Shown in pieces: positions 59,405 through 64,000 of a stretch of DNA of 64,000 nucleotides. Every line of letters starts with the position of its first letter. Position 1 is the stretch's first letter. Made by a program: the position numbers and the translations under genes. Below the pieces are notes generated by a model, which made no database searches, was not told where the DNA came from, and saw only the letters and a program-made list of their open reading frames with translations. Source of the DNA: Candidatus Woesebacteria bacterium (GTDB taxonomy: Bacteria > Patescibacteriota > Microgenomatia > UBA8517); NCBI GenBank assembly GCA_013374835.1, contig CP055307.1, positions 813,304-877,303 on the forward strand, written 5' to 3'.

Positions 59405-60139
59405 CTATTGACTTGTCAAAAATTTAATAAGATCAAGAAGTTTGTCTGGAGGAAAACTTGCCAAGGTCGCCTCAGGAAGTTCTTCAAGCAGTAAAGCTGA
59501 GAAACTCTTGTCTATCTCAGCTAATCTTTCATTTTCTTTGACTGTCTTTTGATATCCTTTCCACAACCTTTCGTTAAATCGCATAATCACTTTATTTAAG
59601 TGCTCATCAGAAATATTAGGCAATGCTATTGTAAGTAAGTCAGCGGCAGCTTGTTCTAAACCCCTACCTCGCGTTTCCTCTTTTGGCTCACCACCAACAA
59701 CAATTGCACCCGGGTATTCAGACTCTTTTGCAGATTCATAGCACCATTTGATTAAAGCTTCAAATTTCTCTCTGCCAAGCGCTGCAAAAACTCCTGCTGC
59801 CCTATCTGTTTTGTCAGTCAATTCTGAGTCCCCAATCTGTTCAAGGTCTGCCCATCTTTCACCTTTTGGTCTTTGACGATCATAAACCCAAACCCCGACT
59901 ACTTGCCCATCTTGGTTCAATTTAACTCTTGCTCGAAATTGTGTGTGGGTAGTGAGCTTCTCTCTTTCTTTGTCACCAATCTCTAAATTAATACCAGCTT
60001 GGCGCAGAGCTTCTCTTAAAAATTCTCTTGTATCACCATCAAAAAAAACAGGCCCTAAATTATCTAAAGATTCTTCAATTCGTGAAATAATTTTTTCTCT
60101 AGGGTTATTGATTTGTTTTTGCTCTAGCTCATTGGTCAT
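59405..60139 (-). CDS. Hypothetical protein
   Basis: 244-aa ORF, TACAAT 10 nt upstream. Confidence 0.6.
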   Translation of the reverse strand: MTNELEQKQINNPREKIISRIEESLDNLGPVFFDGDTREFLREALRQAGINLEIGDKEREKLTTHTQFRARVKLNQDGQVVGVWVYDRQRPKGERWADLEQIGDSELTDKTDRAAGVFAALGREKFEALIKWCYESAKESEYPGAIVVGGEPKEETRGRGLEQAAADLLTIALPNISDEHLNKVIMRFNERLWKGYQKTVKENERLAEIDKSFSALLLEELPEATLASFPPDKLLDLIKFLTSQ

Positions 60140-60294
60140 GTTGTTACATATTGTATCATATCGGCGCTATCTTATTATGTAATAACCATATGTATTACCT
60201 ACTAAGGTTTATTGTCTTTTGTTACAACGTTCTACAACAGTAAAACAGAAGAGTGATATGGTTGCAATAAATTATAGGATTTTCTCGATGAAGT

Positions 60295-61188
60295 TTAGCC
60301 TTTTACTATCTTTTCGAAATACTTAATAATCTCTAAAGCTACATTAACACCCGTGTATCTTTCAAAACCCGTAAACTGGGGTCCGGGGTTGATTTCTAAA
60401 ATATAGGGTTTGCCTGTCTCTTTATTAATCATAATGTCAACTCCGGCGATTTCTGTCTTCATTACTTCACTTGTTCTTTCGGCTATATTTCTGATTTCTG
60501 GGTATAAATTTAAATCAAATAATTCTCCCCTACCTCCTTGACTAATATTGCTTCTAAACTCTCCTTCACGAGTTGGTATGCGTTTCATTGCTCCAATTGC
60601 TTTATATCCAACTGTAAATACTCGAATATCTCCGTCGTTGGGAATAAATTCACGAATCACAAAAGAAGGTGAAACTCCTTCTAAATCTTTGGCAATTGTT
60701 TTAAGTTCCTCAAGATTATCTGCCTTAAAGACACCTTTTCCTTGTCTGCCTTCACTGACTTTGATAATTAAAGGGAAGCTAAAACTATTAATCACATAGT
60801 TAATGGATTTCGAATCAAAAAGTACTGCAGAATACGGAAATGGTAGAGAATTTTCAGTTTGCTTGAGATAATCAATTGCGGGAGTAAGATAAAAATTGTA
60901 ACTAGGATCTATAGCTTTATAATTAACTATTTTGGTCTTTCTGGTTTTATTTAAAAAAAGACAAGCTGTGTACCATTCCCATCTGCGTTTTCCTGCTGAC
61001 CAGAGGTAAATTAAATCATAATTCTTAAGGGTTTTTCCTCTAAGCGTCGGGTTAAAAAAATCTGACCCAGTTTCTATTATAAGCTCGTTTGTGTAGCAGC
61101 CTTCTACTTTGTGTCCTCGTTTTTCTCCTTCTTCCTGGAGGCGAATCAACTGATTGTTTTTAACTAAACCAACTATTAAAATCTTCAT
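60295..61188 (-). CDS. RimK-family ATP-grasp ligase
   Basis: FPLIIK...GRQG.GV, EFI...GD.R, FRSN...GG, G.D, LEIN..P.F. Confidence 0.88.
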   Translation of the reverse strand: MKILIVGLVKNNQLIRLQEEGEKRGHKVEGCYTNELIIETGSDFFNPTLRGKTLKNYDLIYLWSAGKRRWEWYTACLFLNKTRKTKIVNYKAIDPSYNFYLTPAIDYLKQTENSLPFPYSAVLFDSKSINYVINSFSFPLIIKVSEGRQGKGVFKADNLEELKTIAKDLEGVSPSFVIREFIPNDGDIRVFTVGYKAIGAMKRIPTREGEFRSNISQGGRGELFDLNLYPEIRNIAERTSEVMKTEIAGVDIMINKETGKPYILEINPGPQFTGFERYTGVNVALEIIKYFEKIVKG

Positions 61189-62057
61189 CTTGCGTTTGCT
61201 ATGGCATATTCAACGAATACTTTTCCGATATTTTCATTATATGCTTTTTCCATACCTACAAAACCTGCAGTATGGTTTACTTCGAGAACATATTTTTTGT
61301 TGTCTTTAGTTATGAGCAAATCTACTCCGCCAATTTCGAGACCAACTGCCTTAAGGGCAGATTTTGCCAAATTTAGACCGTCTTCATCTAGATCAAATTT
61401 TTCGACACGCCCGCCTAAAGAAAAATTTGCTCTGAACTCACCTTTTGCTGGTATCCTTCTCATTGTAAAAACCCTGTCTCCAATAATTAAAACACGAAGG
61501 TCGTATTTATAGGGAATAAATTCTTGAAGGATAAAATTTTTAGCTTCATGGGAATGTTTTTCTGCATCTTCGATAAATCTATAAAGACCATTTAAATTAG
61601 AAATTTTGAACACATTTGCTCCTTTTCCCATGCGTGTAGATTTAATCACCAACGGGAAGCCTAAATAGCTTGATAAATTTTTGTAGTCTGAAAAATTTCT
61701 TGATTGAGCAGTGTTTGGAACCGGGATTTTGTTTAAAGCCATCTTTGTCAAATCAGATGTTTTATTTATAAGATATTGATCGGAAAGAAAATTGTTGTCA
61801 AATATTTTAATTCCCTTTTTTCTTAATCCTAGAAGAACGACTATAATTGGTTTTATTGAACTAAATATTCCTCTTGTAATTATTATATTGAATTCTTGAT
61901 CCGTAAGACCTTTTACGCTCAAACTTCCTCCAAATATATTGAAGGAAAAATTGCTTAAATCTATTAGAGTAAAGCCGTGATTTAGTGCTTTTATTTCTTC
62001 TTTAATGCGTCTATTTTCAATAAGTGAAGGAAGTGTTGTAACTAAAGCTACCTTCAT
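61185..62057 (-). CDS. RimK-family ATP-grasp ligase
   Basis: NK, P.P.T, FPLVIK, QEFI, DLR, FRAN...GG, GVD, LEVN. Confidence 0.88.
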   Translation of the reverse strand: MKVALVTTLPSLIENRRIKEEIKALNHGFTLIDLSNFSFNIFGGSLSVKGLTDQEFNIIITRGIFSSIKPIIVVLLGLRKKGIKIFDNNFLSDQYLINKTSDLTKMALNKIPVPNTAQSRNFSDYKNLSSYLGFPLVIKSTRMGKGANVFKISNLNGLYRFIEDAEKHSHEAKNFILQEFIPYKYDLRVLIIGDRVFTMRRIPAKGEFRANFSLGGRVEKFDLDEDGLNLAKSALKAVGLEIGGVDLLITKDNKKYVLEVNHTAGFVGMEKAYNENIGKVFVEYAIANAR

Positions 62058-63379
62058 TTTTTTCCTCTTGCCTCCTTTACTTTTTCAATTGGAATATGCG
62101 GATCAACTAAAAACCCTTTGAGATTTTTCCTGCCGATTATTACCGGATATTTGAGAGCCATCCTTTTTGCAACTGATGCAGGAGTTACTATTTTTCTTCC
62201 TGCAAGCCAAAAGGTGAGACTGATAACAGGTCTTTCTTCTTTCCCCAATGAGCTTTTGAAAGATTTCGTCCATAAAATATTGTTCTTATCAAGTAGTCCT
62301 AGTTCTTTGGCTAAATCTTTACTTATCGATGTTCTCCACGCTCCTGTGTCAATTTTGGCAAAAATTTTTTTTCTCTCCCCCTTCTTCATACCTTTTATTT
62401 TTATTTCTTCAAGAGATGATATTGTTTTAATTCCTTCATCTGCTTTGACTCTATCTGAAAAATCGGACATGAAGAGCGCTTTTGCAATCTTAACCCCATG
62501 CTCTGCATCTCTTACTTTAAGATCTTCTACCCTTTCAAGCCTTTTTCTAAGTCCTGCCATGTTAGCAAGCTGTATCTGGGTACCGGGCTGATAGTTTAAC
62601 TCAAGAACCATCGGCCCTTTAGTAGGATGAAGAACAATATCGACCCCTAAAAGTCCAAGCCCAGATGCTTCTTGGCTCAAAACCGCAATTTTTAGCATAT
62701 CTGTCCAATGAGGAATTTTAATACCGTGAAGCTTTCTTTTTGTGCCAGGTTTATAGCGAATTTGATTACCATACCAAATAGCCTTTGTAGTTATACCTGT
62801 CGCTATATCAACTCCCACTCCTATTGCACCCTGGTGCAAATTTGCTCGGCCGCCGGAGTCTTTTGTGGGAAGACGCAACATGGCCATTACCGGCACTTTG
62901 TTAAAGACAATAATTCTTATATCGGGCGTACCGCGATAGGCATATTTTCTGAAAGCTTTATGACGAGGTACATATTCCTGAATAAAGGCTGCGTCCGGTG
63001 AGTTGTGCATGCTGAAAGCTCCTTCTAAAATATCTAAAACATGGAGTTTTAAATCCTCTTCGAGTATTTTTTTTCTACTGGTTGTGATCCAACCTGTTTT
63101 GTCTTTGGACTTCTTTTTAATTACTATAATCCCATTTCCTCCCAGTCCTCTGCTTGGTTTAACTACAAAAGCTTCAGGCAGGCTGTTCCAATCAAAATCA
63201 AGAATATCTTTCGGCTTTATAAATTTTTTATATATTAACGGAGTCGGGATATTGGCCTTTTTAAGCACTTTTTCAGTCAACAGCTTTGATGAAGCAATTC
63301 GCTTTGACTTTGGTTTATTGTATTGATATGAAAAAAGTTGAGTTCTTGCGTTAAGACCCAAGATGTTTTGAACTTTCAT
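62054..63379 (-). CDS. Alpha-L-glutamate-ligase-like ATP-grasp fused to RimK-associated retropepsin-like protease domain
   Basis: ILG.N.R, KP..G.GG.GI, PDIR.IV....PVMAMLRLPT..S.GRANLHQG, LELN..PG; C-terminal AKIDTGA..TS, RPVI, IIGR. Confidence 0.85.
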   Translation of the reverse strand: MKVQNILGLNARTQLFSYQYNKPKSKRIASSKLLTEKVLKKANIPTPLIYKKFIKPKDILDFDWNSLPEAFVVKPSRGLGGNGIIVIKKKSKDKTGWITTSRKKILEEDLKLHVLDILEGAFSMHNSPDAAFIQEYVPRHKAFRKYAYRGTPDIRIIVFNKVPVMAMLRLPTKDSGGRANLHQGAIGVGVDIATGITTKAIWYGNQIRYKPGTKRKLHGIKIPHWTDMLKIAVLSQEASGLGLLGVDIVLHPTKGPMVLELNYQPGTQIQLANMAGLRKRLERVEDLKVRDAEHGVKIAKALFMSDFSDRVKADEGIKTISSLEEIKIKGMKKGERKKIFAKIDTGAWRTSISKDLAKELGLLDKNNILWTKSFKSSLGKEERPVISLTFWLAGRKIVTPASVAKRMALKYPVIIGRKNLKGFLVDPHIPIEKVKEARGKK

Positions 63380-63383
63380 AGAT

Positions 63384-64000
63384 TTAGCCTTTAATTAGTT
63401 TTCTGAATCTCCAGTATTCCAATACGCGAAGACCTGTATATTTTCCTAATATGAGATCGAAAATCGCAACAGATAAAAGAGTAATTTCCGGATTGAGCAA
63501 AGCATAACGCTGAAGCGACTGTGTTGTAAGAAACATAAATGATATCAAAGACAAAATAATTGTTTCCGTTATAAAAGTTACCGCTGTACGTGCACTTTTT
63601 CCAAGCTGAAGTTTGGTAAAATCTTCCGCAAGAAGAACCAAAAGCAGCACAGGAAAAATCGAAACATCGGTAAGTCCTGGAATTTTGACCAAGGGTGCAA
63701 GAAACAATACTAAAAGAACTCCACAGACAACAAACCAGAGAATCAAAGACATCCTCGGTAGGTATTGCAGCTTAATTTTTATTTTCCTTAAAAGAATTCT
63801 GAAAAATGTTGAGGCAGAAACTATAACTAAAAACAGTAAAAGACCAACGACAGGACCAATTGCGACAAATACTATTGATAAAGCGGCCGGCAGAAAAATA
63901 CCAAATCCTCTTAAACCTATTATATGGCGCGTTGCTGCTATAACAGCGGTTATTAAGGGCAAAAGAATTAAAAGGACTATTGTATTAGGCGGCACTCCCG
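63384..64000 (-). CDS. 7TM domain protein (inactive-transglutaminase-associated type), 5' end probably outside window
   Basis: LP......R..IG...FG.F.P, PR, FP, LG.YTGLR..E..RF; frame is open to the window edge. Confidence 0.8.
   Translation of the reverse strand, partial: GVPPNTIVLLILLPLITAVIAATRHIIGLRGFGIFLPAALSIVFVAIGPVVGLLLFLVIVSASTFFRILLRKIKIKLQYLPRMSLILWFVVCGVLLVLFLAPLVKIPGLTDVSIFPVLLLVLLAEDFTKLQLGKSARTAVTFITETIILSLISFMFLTTQSLQRYALLNPEITLLSVAIFDLILGKYTGLRVLEYWRFRKLIKG

Noticed and set aside
1840-63326. Numerous 60-170 aa ORFs nested in or antisense to confident genes
   Set aside because: Shadow frames with no motifs or independent expression signals

Overview
AT-rich, gene-dense chromosomal segment (genetic code 11) of a reduced-genome bacterium. 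It is most consistent with a Patescibacteria/CPR organism of the Microgenomates type. This is an inference from the short EF-Ts, ProRS without an editing domain, internally deleted L1, cohesin/dockerin surface proteins, and an rpsB-tsf-frr-rseP block lacking pyrH/uppS/cdsA/dxr. Contents in order: a copper/zinc/thiol-redox cluster with visible CsoR and ArsR operators (0.9-8.6 kb); a divergent extra sigma-70; housekeeping genes (cysS, recR, ybaB, dnaX, ybeY, yvcK, proS, rseP, frr, tsf, rpsB with its leader RNA); a 3-gene island at 24.0-27.6 kb (MetRS-like protein lacking HIGH/KMSKS, double nucleotidyltransferase, alpha/beta hydrolase); a folate/thymidylate cluster; topA, dprA, PBP2, mreB, def, fmt, rpmB; an unidentified 185-nt structured RNA; four tRNAs; the tRNA-rpmG-secE-nusG-rplKAJL cluster repeatedly interrupted by orphan genes; a cohesin/dockerin trio; and a triple ATP-grasp/7TM operon cut by the window end. 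No transposase, integrase, prophage or CRISPR array was seen. Best novelty candidates: the MetRS-like island and the 185-nt RNA. All homology calls are by-eye motif recognition, not database searches. Several starts were moved downstream of the ORF track where promoters, overlaps or family N-termini indicate it.
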